Origin: the human T2T-CHM13v2.0 reference genome, Homo sapiens
Reading direction: 5' to 3' (one strand)
DNA: 64,000 nt
Assembly: GCF_009914755.1 (NCBI RefSeq)
Contig: NC_060932.1
The notes beneath the pieces were generated by a model. It worked only from the letters and a program-made list of their open reading frames with translations. It was not told the origin of the DNA and made no database searches. Positions 44,733 through 56,830 of this stretch are shown here, piece by piece. The translations under genes and the position numbers were made by a program. Positions within the stretch are counted from its first letter, which is position 1. Every line of letters begins with the position of its first letter.

Positions 44733-46293
44733 TGTCAATCTTTGGGGATCTTTGGGGTATTGCTTCACCAGCTGGAAACCTCTGTGGCCAGTGGCATCTT
44801 TGCCTAGTTTTGCTTGAGCCTGCTGGTCTCATCCTGCCTGCTTGGCCTGGCAGGCTGTGCTTGGCTCGTGCTACCCTCCCAGATCCCATGCCTGCCAAGG
44901 GCAAGCCAGGCACAGAGTAGTAAGGGGTGCGTGAGTGAGCGGGCACAGGGTCTGGCTACTACACACAGCCAGGCATGCTGGCTGCGGCAGGGCAGGCAGC
45001 TCCAGGTGCCAGCACGGACATTGTCTCCTTTGAGGCTGCGGCTGGACTAGGCATACTGCAAGCAGCTTCTGCTGCTGGCAGTGAAGAATGTGGTGGTGCC
45101 TGTAATCTTGGAGATGCCAGGAACCACAGAGCCCCAAAGAGGGTGTCAAAGCCCTGGCTCAGGGAGCTCCTACTTCTGGGGTCCCTGAAGGGCCACAGCT
45201 CTTCTCTCCTTCTCTCTTCTCTCCTTCTCGTAGCCCGCAAGGTGGTGAGTGAGGGGCATGTCTCAACCCTGTTTGTGTTAAAGCTCTTTCAGTCCTGCTG
45301 TTTGGGGGGTTGCAAGTTCTTGTCCTCCATCCAGGAAAAATGAGGTACGCATACAACTGGAGGGTGAGTAAGGTCAAGAAGTGCTTTATGGAGTGCCAGG
45401 ATAGCTCTCCAGAGACTCCAACTGGGTAGCTCCTCTCTATAGGCAGGTCATCCTGACATCTGCTCAGCTCTCGCCTGAGAGGAGACCCACAGTGGGTAGC
45501 TCCTCTCCACAGACAGGTGGTCCCGACATTTGACCAAGTCTGGCTGAATCCAGGTTTTTATGGGCTTCAGAAGGGAGGAAGTGTGTACTGACTGGTCCAT
45601 GCGTGCGCCTAGGAGAAGCATCATAAGTTCTCATTCTGGTCTGCAGAACTGGCAGCCCAGCCCCCAGGCTTCAGTCCATGCACAGCTTAAAGGTAGAGCT
45701 TTACTGGGGACCCAGCACTTTCTGCCCTGGAGCCTGTCTACCTCCTGCCGCCATCAACCTGCCATTCACGGTGCCCATGGTGCCCAGGTTGTTTGTGCCA
45801 TAGGGCGCCTGTAGGCCTGCTCTGAGCTGCCCTCAGCACCCCCTCGACCCTTCTCCCGTGCTTGTCGGTGCTCAAAATCTGGAGGGGGCTGAGGCAGCAG
45901 GGGGCTGACATGTCAGCTCTGCCCCAAGTGCATGCACACCCAGCTGGGTTGTGACAGTGCCTGAACTGAGCCACAACTTTGCTCCGAGGTCGGAGTGGGC
46001 ATCAGGAGTAGGGGAGAGGCCAGGCAGCGGGAGCAGTCACTTCCGAGCCTGCAGGGGCAGGTGATCTTCCTGGGCCCCCAAGAGCACAAGGATGCCTGGG
46101 TCCAAAGCCGTGACTGAACAGCTGCACCTGTGCCCTTTGGGCGGGGCTCCCACCCTGCCAACTCAGACGCAGGCAGCTTCCACCTTTTCCCAGCTCCCAT
46201 TGGCTCCATGGAGTGCACATCCCTGGCCACGCCTCCCCTACTACAGCTGGTGTCTTCGCAGCAGCCGCTCCAGATGGTCCACTGCTGCAATCA
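44733..46293 (-). mobile_element. Solo ERV1 LTR (MER52A-like), 1561 bp, GC-rich
   Basis: TG...CA termini; perfect 4-bp TSD CTAA (44729-44732 / 46294-46297); ccagctggaaacctctgtggcc and gcagccgctccagatggtccactgctgcaatca match the recalled MER52 ends. Confidence 0.88.
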
Positions 46294-46429
46294 CTAACAT
46301 TAAATAGATCCGCCAAATCTCTTTTGGAGAGATATTTAGAATCATAGCATTCCATTTCTCCTTAAAGCCTATTATGAGCCATTGACGTTTTAAAGCTTAT
46401 ACAGAAACAAATACATTTCTGAAGGAGGA

Positions 46430-46660
46430 GGAAATGGGACAGAAGTAACATTTATTAAATTTTGATTGTTATGTGCCATGTAGTGGTATCTTATTTAATC
46501 CCTGTGACAATGTATTGTATGGGTATTATTAATATGATTTTACAAACTCAGATTTGTTAAATATTTTTTCCCAAGAATACAGAATTAGTAAGTGCAATTT
46601 AAATTCGAATCTAACCCAAGACCAGATCCTCCACTCCGAAATTTCACTGTGTCCCTAAAA
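46430..46660 (-). mobile_element. MIR
   Basis: aacatttatta...atgtgcca...cttatttaatccctgtgacaa...ggtattatt...cccaagaatacagaattagtaagtg. Confidence 0.65.
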
Positions 46661-48862
46661 GCTAAATAATCCTTTCAGGGTGGGAGGGATGTGTGTAAAG
46701 ATAACATCAAGAGAGGAATGATCTCACTCTGCACTGAAAGAGTTTTAACATAAAGAAAACACTATAAAATAAGAACATAAGGGAAAACAACATATAAAGA
46801 AACTGAAGCAGTAATACATTTGAGTAGAAAATCTGCTTTTAATAGAAACTTCAACTTGATGTAGTTATATTTACAGTGTTCCAAATTATTATCTACAAGC
46901 AAAGTCATCCAGAAAATTAAGGGAGCCATATATGATAAACATAAAAATTAGAATTTTGACAGAATAAAATAAATAGCATTTAGTAATTACATTAAGTATG
47001 TTTTCAATCCCATGGTAAGCTATTAAAAGTACAACAACTGTTCAAAGCATGCTGCCAAATTACTTCAAAATGACTTGTTTTGAAATGTTGACTAAGTATC
47101 TCAAAACTGTATATCGTCTTTAGTATAATTAAACATTCTTCAGACCAAAAACATAGCTTTTTCTTGTGTTCTTAGACATAAATTATATGTGACTTTCTCT
47201 TCCATATTAGGACACATAGGATTATCCATTTTAAAACTTTAAAATTTTTTTTAAAGTTTCTACCACTTATATAAGGCTTTATAGTTTATACATCACTTCT
47301 ACCTAATTATAAAAAATTAGCCTATTAAGAAAAGTTTAATCTTAAAATCCCTATTTTTCATTGTAAATGTTCAACATATACTTAATAGATATTTATGCGT
47401 TCATAATTTTTTTACTTAACAAATATTTATTGAATCAACTTCATGAATGAATAAATGAATAAATTTAGTTCAAATTGGTTACGTAACTTTTAAAGATCAC
47501 TTGAGAAGTGGCCACACCTCAGTCTCTATCTTTATCTTCTGTTTATTCAGGGAGGTCATAACCTCTAGAAACACAGATACATGCGTGTAATAAGTGGTTT
47601 GTTGATATCTGATAGAAAACAGGATGTGTTTAATGACATATCATATGTTCAATGTGCTGTTCTTCTGTAGTAATCATAGTTCATCAGAGTTGCAATGAAC
47701 ATGGTGCATCAACATAGAATTCACTTTAATCCCAACACGTGCTTTGTCATGTATTGCCTTAGGTGATTTGTTTTGCTGTTTCTCTCTGAAAAAACTTGTA
47801 GCATATGGCGTTATCCTCAAGAAGAAATAGTGTTCTAATCCATAATATTATGTTTATTTTCAGAGTTGATGGCCACTCTCTTATTTGTTTTCCCCATCAA
47901 AGCTGCTTCATTTCTTACATTCCCACAAGTATAGGAAATAATGGGCTATCCCTAGTATAGGGGGAGTCCTACTTCAAAAGAAAAGGAAGCAGTACCAGGC
48001 TGAATGCCTAAGTGATTTCCATGCAAGAAAAGCATTATGTCAAAGGTTATTTCAGAAACTTGAAATCAGATAATTCTGTTTTTTTTTTTTTATTCTCTGT
48101 TATCCTTGGCCACCCTCCCTTGCCCCACACTCTAATCAAAATAAAGTCTTCTCCTGCACTTGTACTGTTGAATATTTTCCAGATCTTTGCACCATGCTCT
48201 ATGGGACTGGAACTTGATTGGCAAATTGATTGTTCTTCAGTGGTATTAAAATAATACTTTACATGCTTTTTTTTTGGTCTTATTTGAAATGGTTTCCTCC
48301 TGGAAAACATTGGGTCCCTGTTAGCCTCCTCCAGAGGAAGCTGTTGCTTCTCTCCATTGCCCTGTGCCAAGCACCATGAGATAGCATCAACATTCTACCT
48401 GAAATTCCTTTTTTAAGGCTCCTAACATTTGTTGTTGTTCTGTTCTCATCCTGGTCACTATAGTCTTACCAATCACTTTTCTTCATTCCTGTGAGATGCT
48501 TCCATCGGGCTCACTGTTTTCCTCTCTACCGCAACTATTTTCATCAGAAAATTTTAACTGCTACTTGGGTGACTTACCCAATATCCTGCCATTATAATTC
48601 CTTGCTTCTCAAATCTAGTTATTCTCATAGGCTGTATATACTTTTTTCTTATCAAATGTGAAATAGCATCCAACTCTAAAGTCTTACATTACTGTAATCT
48701 GCTATCTGTCACAAACCTCCTTCCCTTACAATTCCTCATTTTCTACTAAACCTGCACTTCAGTCTTGTTTTGGTACCCAGACACTTGATTACTCATCTAT
48801 CTCCAAGTATGTAAGACCACAGCTAGCTTCATCCTTCACTCTAAGGTCTGTGCTACACTGAA

Positions 48863-49057
48863 CAGTGATGCTCAAAGTGAAGTTCTCAAACAAGCAGTAT
48901 CAGCATCAACATCTCTTGGGAATTACTAGAAGCACAGTTTCTTTGGGCTCCATCCCAGATCTACTGAATCAGAAACTCTGATGTTGGAGCCCAGCAACCT
49001 GTGTTTTAAAAAGCCCTCTGGCTGATTCTTATACACTCTAAAATTTAAGAACTACTA
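48863..49057. mobile_element. MER5A
   Basis: cagtgatgctcaaagtg...catcccagatctactgaatcagaaactctg...ctgtgttttaaaaagccctctggctgattcttat...tttaagaactact. Confidence 0.85.
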
Positions 49058-50594
49058 ATACAGAGCATGAATTCAACCACTCCCTTGCCAGCACCTTTAA
49101 TGTCTTTGGGTGGCAAAGAACACTAGAACAAAAATACATCATTATTTTATTTCAAACCCTTCCATGTATAAGATTTCTAACAATTCACCAAGTTCTCCAG
49201 CTGTATCCAGCATCTACCTTCCATATACAACCTCCACCTTCAATCCAAATATTTTTTTGTAGTTCCTATTCATCTAAATTTTAATACCGAAAAATGTTAA
49301 ATACCCATTACTTGATACTTCCAAAGGTGTTTTGCTTAGAACCATCCTCTGTGAAGGATGCTGAGCAATGCTAACTTACTCAAAGTGACATATATAGGAA
49401 AGGGTGAAGATAAGATTTAAACTCAGTTCTAGCTTAATATAAAATCCATGCTTTTTTTCCATTTTTCTGCAGAATGTATGAAATGACAACCAAATCAATA
49501 AGCCATTTCATTCGAGTTGAAGTAGCACTTAACCAATGAATGCTTTATAGGATTTTTAAAAGTGATTGTTCTATAAAAATCTACTATAAAATAACTTTGC
49601 TAAATATCAGGTTAAATCATTTTCCTTAGTGTAGGACTTCTAAGAATCTTAAATGTGCTGTTGTATATTTCGATGCTTCAAAAATCAGATATAGTATGAT
49701 GTTGTCCAAAATTATTTGACCAATGAACCATTTGTTTGTGAATCATCTAGATTAACATCTTGTAGGGCTAGTGTTCCAAGAGATGCTGTGGAAAATTTGG
49801 ACTTAATCTATTTCCATTCTTTTCGAGACATGTGGAAATGCTTATCTTTCTTATTTCATCTGCTTTCACCCTCTGTTTTATTTTGTCACTCTTTTGAACT
49901 AGAATAGTCATGCCCCATTTCCCCACTAGGTACTACTTTTCCCTTCCTTCAAAGATAGTCTTATATTCTTCTGCCTCAGGGCTGGGTTTAGAGGAATCAC
50001 ATTTAGCCTATAATGCTATGAACCAGACAATATAGTGTGTGTGCATATATATGGGTACACACATATATATATATACACATATACACATACACAGACACAC
50101 ACATATATATACTACCTCATGAAATCATATTTCTTGATAATATGGTACTAATTTATAATTTTGTAGCATCACAATAAGTAGCGTGTACCTGTCTGGGGCT
50201 GAATAAGCTGTGTTAGGGGAGCAGTCTGCAGAGCAGACCATGGCTTTCCTGCCTAATCCACCTTGGGCATCACAATTATGACTGCAATTCATATGGGATC
50301 TTCACACAGACTACATACATATCCAGAACACTATCTGGAGGGGCATTTTGCCTTACATTTTATTGGAAAAATTACCGGAGGTTTAAGTGGAAAATGACTG
50401 AATAATGGAATGAAGATATACACACTTCTAAGGAGTTAAAATACAGAATGGCAGCACAGTACATACTATAAATGTAGTTTTAATATTAATTTCAATTAAT
50501 CTTCACTAGAAATTGGCTAAAGCGCTAGGGAATGGTATTTAATCGATGATTTTTCCTGGCCTGGCATATTATCTCTGTTTCTTTTGTTGTGCAG

Positions 50595-50654
50595 GTTCCG
50601 CTGATCTTCTTCTTTGCGTTCCATGCTCTTCTTGTCCTACGCTGGTCTACTCTG
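50595..50654 (+). CDS. C8orf34: C8orf34 penultimate exon, 60 nt, (R)SADLLLCVPCSSCPTLVYS(G), phase 1/1
   Basis: tttcttttgttgtgcag|GT acceptor; CTG|gtatgt donor; in phase with both neighbours; the peptide matches the recalled C8orf34 tail. Confidence 0.93.
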
Positions 50655-50811
50655 GTATGTTTGCTCAGGGCACTTAATATCGATGTCGGGTAATGGCGGG
50701 TACCTTCTAAAACTGCTCAGGATTTGTATTAAAAAAGTACGTAGTCCTCATGACCTCTAATGAGAATAGGTTTTTCTCCAAGTATCCTGCATAAGATTAT
50801 AAGATTTCCTA

Positions 50812-50814
<3 letters not shown>

Positions 50815-50842
<28 letters not shown>

Positions 50843-50869
50843 TTCTCTGTGTGTGTGTGTGTGTGTGTG
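50815..50869 (+). repeat. (GT)14-ttctc-(TG)11 microsatellite
   Basis: Direct reading; starts 160 nt after the donor of the 60-nt exon. Confidence 0.97.
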
Positions 50870-52373
50870 CATGTTCTATAGGTTTTGGAGTTCTCATTTA
50901 GTCTGCACTCTCCCTTGCTAAGGTGGGAGGATGGGGATTTTAAACCCTTTCTCCTTGACAGGAAAAATAATATCTTCTAGATAGATATGAGCTGAAAAAC
51001 ATATTCTCCCACATGCAGGCCATGGACTCTATGATGCTATTATATATCCCCTGCAGTTATAGGATCTCAGAACAATTTCGTGTCCATGAATATGAGGCTA
51101 CTTTATGAACTGGATACACAAAGATAAAAAATAAAACACTTTGTCATCTCTTAAGTATGTTCCAGAGAAAAGCAAAGGTGTTGAGATTGTCCTTACCACT
51201 TATAGAATCACAGAATATCAAACTGGAAAGAACTTAGAACCAGCTACTCCTTCCCTAATTTAATGCTAGCCTTTTCTCTGCAATACCCCTACCAAATGGT
51301 CACCCAGACTCTACATAAACACCTTGAGTAATGGGGAGTTTACTGTTACCCTTGTCTGCTCATTTAATTTTGCTCTGCTGTAATTGCTCTTGAGTCAATA
51401 ATTCTGCATTAGGACATTATCTAAATAAATAATTTCTTCAATGTACTATGATATAGCTATCAGAATATTATGTTCATTGCCATACATTTTATAATAAAGC
51501 ATGAAAAATGTTTTACAAGAGAACACGGAAAGCATGTAAAAAATAGAAACAACCTAATAACCAAAAAAGAGACTGATTAGAAAAACTATAGCAATCTGTA
51601 TATTAGAAAGCTATGAATCCATTATGAAGGATGAGATATATATTAAGGATATAGGTACACAACTATCACGTGGTTCTCTTCCTCAGCCCATCAAGTGTGC
51701 TTTGTATGACATACAGGCATACTGCTGTTCTGTTCAAGAGCTCTAACCAAGTAAATCACTCATATGATTCATATTTAAAACCTATAATGGATCAGGAACT
51801 ACTGTCAGAGAATAGCACAAGTCATTATCATGGGTGATACAGCACCTATCATAGGTTTTCTTATCATGGAACTTACTAAATTGTGGAGAAGAAACACAGT
51901 GAACAGCTATTTACAGAAAATGCGCTGATGGTGATTATAGAAGCATGAGGATAAGTATGCATATCAGGAGAGTTCTATCTTGACTAGTAGTCAAAGGGTC
52001 AAGAGAAAGTAATGTCTAAGGGTAAGGCCTAAAGGAATGTAAGATGCAGTTGATAAAAGAGTTAGCTGGGGTTAGTTGGAGTAAGTAAAGCATTCCAGAT
52101 AAATAAAAAGTGTGTGCAAAAACAACCAGACTCTCCCTCTCTTTCTCTTCCTCTCTAACTTTTCTCCCTCTCTTTCATCAAATAAATATTTCCGAAGCCA
52201 ATGCCACACACAAAGCATTACTTCAGGTAATGTGAGTAAGATGGAGATTGAAGGTCTTCCTTCAAAATGTTTATGGTCTAATTGGCGAATCAAAAATATT
52301 AAATATAACTATGATACAAAGCAGAAAAAACATGTAAAATATTCTAGAAACATGAATATTTTCCCTTGCCATC

Positions 52374-52735
52374 TGTATTAGTCCATTTTCACACTGCTAT
52401 AAAGACATACCTGAGACTGGGTAATTTACAAAGAAAAGAGGTTTAAGTGCCTCACAGTTCAGCATGGCTGGGGAGACCTCAGGAAACTTACAATCATGGC
52501 AGAAGGCAAAAGGGAGGCAAGACACCTTCACAAGGCAGCAGGAAGGAGAAATGCCAAGTGAAGGGGGAGGAACCCCTTATAAAACCATCAGATCTTGTGA
52601 GACCTCACTATCCTGAGAACAGCATGGGGGAAATCATACCCATGATTCAATTACCTCCACCTGGTATCTCCCTTGAGATTATGGGGATTGTAATTCAACG
52701 AGATTCGGGTGAGGACACAAAGCCTAACCATATCA
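52374..52735 (-). mobile_element. Solo THE1D-like MaLR LTR
   Basis: tgtattagtccattttcacactgctataaag...aaccatatca; perfect 5-bp TSD CCATC (52369-52373 / 52736-52740). Confidence 0.93.
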
Positions 52736-52947
52736 CCATCTAATGTGATTAGAATTTTACACAGATATCAGAAATTGATATATTGGCTGCAAATATGATT
52801 AATAGAGGTAGTATTCTAATGTCAATATCCTTTCAAAAGTTCATTGGAATAGAGGAAAGCATTAAAATCACAATTTTTCTTTTTAATATGCTATAATGTA
52901 AACATGTTATTAAGCACATTTTCTTCTGTTTCATTTCTCCTCTGCAG

Positions 52948-52955
52948 GTTTGTGA
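52948..52955 (+). CDS. C8orf34: C8orf34 terminal exon, coding part: (G)GT TTG TGA = G-L-stop
   Basis: Strong acceptor ttttcttctgtttcatttctcctctgcag|G; phase-1 junction gives ...VYSGL*; poly(A) signals follow. Confidence 0.9.
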
Positions 52956-53732
52956 AACAGAGAGAAGAAGTTGCAAGTGGTCCTTAAAGAAATGCAGTTA
53001 TTCAAATCCTTATGTATAGTTCTAATTTTATTTACTATGTGTAATCATTTAGAGAATGGTTATTTTTATAATCTCAATAATAAACAAGTACTATCGTAGC
53101 CAGGGGGTGCCCAAGTATGTAATCAGAGAACACTAATCCTGGCAAAGGATTGTGGGGTGGTCAGGAGGCCGGCTGCCTTTTGACATGGTTAGAGTCCTGG
53201 GTTTAGATTACTTTATAAATAGTTATTAAGATTAATATTTGATATATTAAATATTGCCTGATTCAAATAACTTTGCTTAAAATTTTTCTGTATTTTAACT
53301 TGTCTAGGGTTTTCTACTTCTTCTATTTTTATAATATTTTCTCATTTTTTAGATTACTAAACATTCTACTTATCCACATGTGCCAAGATGTGCCATTTAG
53401 GTCTCTGCAGAAATTAGCTGTTTGGTATCATCACCTGCCATACATGTTGTGTGCAGCAGTGAGAAGTATATTCTCTACCACTGCTCTTTCTCATGATTAT
53501 TTTCTCTATTCCTATTAAAATGAATAATTGATATGTTAATTAAGTAAAGCAAATCAATAAGGAATGAAATGCATGGCCCAAAACATAGAAAATGAAAATC
53601 GTTTGACCATTTATCCAATTATTGAACCCAATTAAGATGATCCATTTTAAATTTAATATATGCTCGCTTTTGGAATGTGTTATGCATTGATGTTAAGTGA
53701 ATGGATCTAAGTAAATCTATTGATATCTCTAC
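52956..53732 (+). other. C8orf34: C8orf34 3' UTR (3' end approximate)
   Basis: AT-rich sequence without an obvious repeat after the stop. AGTAAA at 53710-53715 is followed ~17 nt later by a GT/T-rich tract (tgtctgttttattttatttgtc). The end position is inferred. Confidence 0.65.
53079..53084 (+). terminator. Proximal canonical poly(A) signal AATAAA
   Basis: AATAAA 124 nt after the stop codon, with TGTA motifs upstream. Confidence 0.45.
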
Positions 53733-53755
53733 TGTCTGTTTTATTTTATTTGTCT
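53710..53755 (+). terminator. Distal variant poly(A) signal AGTAAA with downstream GU/U-rich element
   Basis: AGTAAA at 53710-53715, then tgtctgttttattttatttgtc at the expected spacing. Confidence 0.5.
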
Positions 53756-54364
53756 TAATCTAAGTTTGCTTTCTGGACCTTTAAGACATAAAGTTAAATT
53801 ACAAAACTATATAACAAGGAACTATATCAAGGAAACAAATGTTGTTAAAGGCCAGAACATGGATAAAGAATAAAAATAATTCAGATTGTATAAATTAAGT
53901 CAATTCCCTAAATCAAATAATATAATAATTTTTCTTACATTAACATTTTCTTGTGTATAGAAACTCATGTGACTCATTTTAATAAAATTTTTATGTTTTA
54001 TAGGTAGAAAAAAGGAAGGTTTAGAAACAGTAAATTTTTTAATCAGAAAGGAGAGAAGGCAAGAGAGTAAGTTTAGGGGACCAGAACGTTCTTCTATTTA
54101 AAACTCCTTGCCATGAGGAATATTTCTTCGAAATTGTTTAACTGAGGATCCAAATGCTTTTTCTATTAGAAATATTCTTTCTTTAAAAAATGTCACTCCT
54201 AATGTTTTCATCTGAGCCGCGCTTTCCTCCAACCATTGCCTGGTTGGTTTTCATCCTCTTCTTGCTCACTGAGCTTTTCCTGGAAATAGTTACCCTACTA
54301 AGTGCCTCATCAGCCTCAAAAATCAGATCCCCCAGGATATCAGAATGTGTATTGCTGAAGGTGC

Positions 54365-54960
54365 TGTCAAAGATAAAGAAAACCAGACACCGAGGGAAGT
54401 GGTAAAGACAAATTTTCATTAGTCATAAATAATTGCAATAGAGAAGTAGGTCCAGTGTGAACTGAACTGAACTACGATTTGTGCAGAGGTGGCTAGGCCT
54501 TATAGAGGAAGGATGAGGAGCTAGGGACAGGGAACAGCAGGGGCTTGAGCAGAATCAGGGAAGTGGACATTTACAAAATGTGAGAAAGTGGGGTTGGTCC
54601 ATGTGGAGCTACCTTGGTTTGCAAACTGGCATTTATCAAAGTTAGATTCCTACTCCCCCTCCAAGACTGGGAGACAGGGACCCTATTCAGGTGTTGGCTG
54701 GTACAAAACAGTAAATTGTTTTGCAACCCTGAGCTTTCTCAGTCAGGAACTTATGGCACTGGAGTCATCATCCTAAGGATATGCCCTTGAGCTGTTAGAA
54801 ACTATGTTAGTATTTGTTCATGTCTTTTAAAGTGGGGGACAGGGGTGGATGAAATTGTTTATGCTGACATTTTGTGGTTTTAGGCCAAGGTTGAGGGTTA
54901 GTTGAGAAGAGGACTCAGAGGAGCTTGGCTGGTGTTTAGTCAAGGAGAAAATCTTCATCA
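54365..54960 (-). mobile_element. ERV1 LTR (MER67-like)
   Basis: tgtcaaagataaagaaaaccag...ccttgagctgttagaaactatgttag...gttgagaagaggactcagaggagc...gtcaaggagaaaatcttcatca; no clean TSD. Confidence 0.75.
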
Positions 54961-54981
54961 ACGGCTATGAGGCAGGACACA

Positions 54982-54982
<1 letters not shown>

Positions 54983-55032
<50 letters not shown>
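54983..55032. repeat. (AC)25 microsatellite
   Basis: Direct reading. Confidence 0.97.
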
Positions 55033-55033
<1 letters not shown>

Positions 55034-55419
55034 ATTCTCTGCTCTCTTTTCTTTGTCAATGACTTTAACCATTTCCTCATGGCCAAGGCCAGAGGTCAAG
55101 GCCAGTGAACAGCTAAATACCAAATCAGGAAATTTCTCCAGGTCGCTTCCCAATCTTTTGTTTCAAATGTCACACATGAAACCTGAATCTCTTGGCACCC
55201 CTCTTGGCTCTCATTACTCTTTTTGCCTCTTTTGGGTTTCTTAACATAGCTCCAGAGTTACTGCAATGATGAGGCTTGAAAAACCTGCACGAAAAGAGCT
55301 TCTCAAAATGCTCCTCAGATTCCATACGTCAGTATCACTGCTGTGAACAGATGGCTTTGGGCCCCATGTTATGCTATGGCCTCCGTGTGTCCCTGGAGCG
55401 GGCTGAGGTAACTTCTGAC

Positions 55420-56830
55420 CTTCTGGACATAGAGGCCATCACAGTCTAGTAGGGGAAACACACATATGAGCATATAATTTAAATAACATGTTGTAGTGTG
55501 CAATGACAAAAACATTTACAGGCCAGACTACTGTGGGAGCATGAAAGAACAGTTGTGAATATATCTGAGACCTGGACTTGGAAGTGGGTAAGTTGTGGGG
55601 TGTGTAGGAAGTCAAAGAAGTCTTCCTGGAAGAGATGATGCCTCAGCAAGTCCTTTAAAGATGAGACAGAGTCAATGGAGCAATAAAGGTAGGTAGGAAG
55701 GTCTTAGTGGGAGCAACAGAATAAACCCAGTACGGAAGTCTGAGTGGGCAGAGTGTGCATGGCAATGAGTGCAATAAATGCATGATATTTATTACTAGTG
55801 CAGATAGAGTGTGATACGATGTGGTAGTTGATGGGTAGAGAAATGGGCAGGGATTGGGATGAGAAAATTCTCATATGCCACCTGTAGTCTTCAACACTGG
55901 CTGTTCAGCAGAATCCCAAATGCTCAGGCCCCACACTCCGGGATTGAGAATTCAGTTGGACTGAGAGGGATGCCAATCATCCATATTTATGAAAAAGCTT
56001 CTCACTTGATTCTAATGAATAGCCAAGGATGAGAGCCATAGCTGAAGAGAGCTACTGAAGATTTTCAGCAGGGGAGGGGAGAGTGACACTATTGGATAAA
56101 CAGTTAGATGAGCTCACCTTGGTAGCTGCAAGTAAAAATGCAGGAGTAGGTGAAACAGGAAGTGGGCAAGCCTAGAAATAGGCAAGCCTGGAAATGGGAA
56201 ACTAGTTAGGAGTCTATTGCAAGAGTTAACATAAAATGATGAAGGTCTATTTAGGTTTTTATTAGGGCAAACGATAGTAAAGGTCTAATGGTTGTTGGGA
56301 TATTCCAGAAACAGGGAGCTGATAGAACCAAAATCTATTTAAGAGTGGTTCTTGTGGAATTGTTGCACATAGAAGGGAAGGGTAAGGTAGTTTTCAATAG
56401 TGCCTCTTCAGTCTGTGGCTTGGGACTGGGAGTGGCAGTAGGACAATAGGAAAAAAAGAAAAAAAAGGGAGATTTGGTGCCGGAGATGTTAACTTCCATG
56501 TAGGGATGTTGAGATGGAGCTACCTATAGGACATTTGATCTAAAATGTTCAGCAAATATGGGGGCCAAAGTGCAATGCTGAAGATACAGACATGTCATTC
56601 ATATGCATATATGGGTTTGTGAAAATGATGAAATTATGCACATTGCCTGAGGAAAGCCTATGGCTTGAACAGATCTAGCCTCTCTAAGGAATACCTAGGT
56701 TTAGAGGTCAGGCAAAAAGAAATGGCAGAAAAGAGCCAATAAAAACATCTCCAGAAAAATAGAGAAAAGAGAGGTTGTCACAGCTGGTAAGACAATAGAA
56801 AATCATGATTTTATGCTGTTTTCATAGAAA
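55420..56830 (-). mobile_element. L2 remnant with nested MER5-like element (~55880-56045)
   Basis: cacagtctagtaggggaaaca...gtcaaagaagtcttcctggaagagatgatg...ctagttaggagtctattgca. Boundaries approximate. Confidence 0.65.

Noticed and set aside
44662-46355. Cluster of overlapping ORFs on both strands
   Set aside because: Stop-poor GC-rich LTR sequence; no gag/pol/env motifs, and the TSD shows a solo LTR.
52949-52987. Third frame of the terminal exon (FVKQREEVASGP*)
   Set aside because: It needs a phase-2 upstream donor. None of the exons in the window ends in phase 2, and that frame is closed in the 60-nt exon (TTC CGC TGA).
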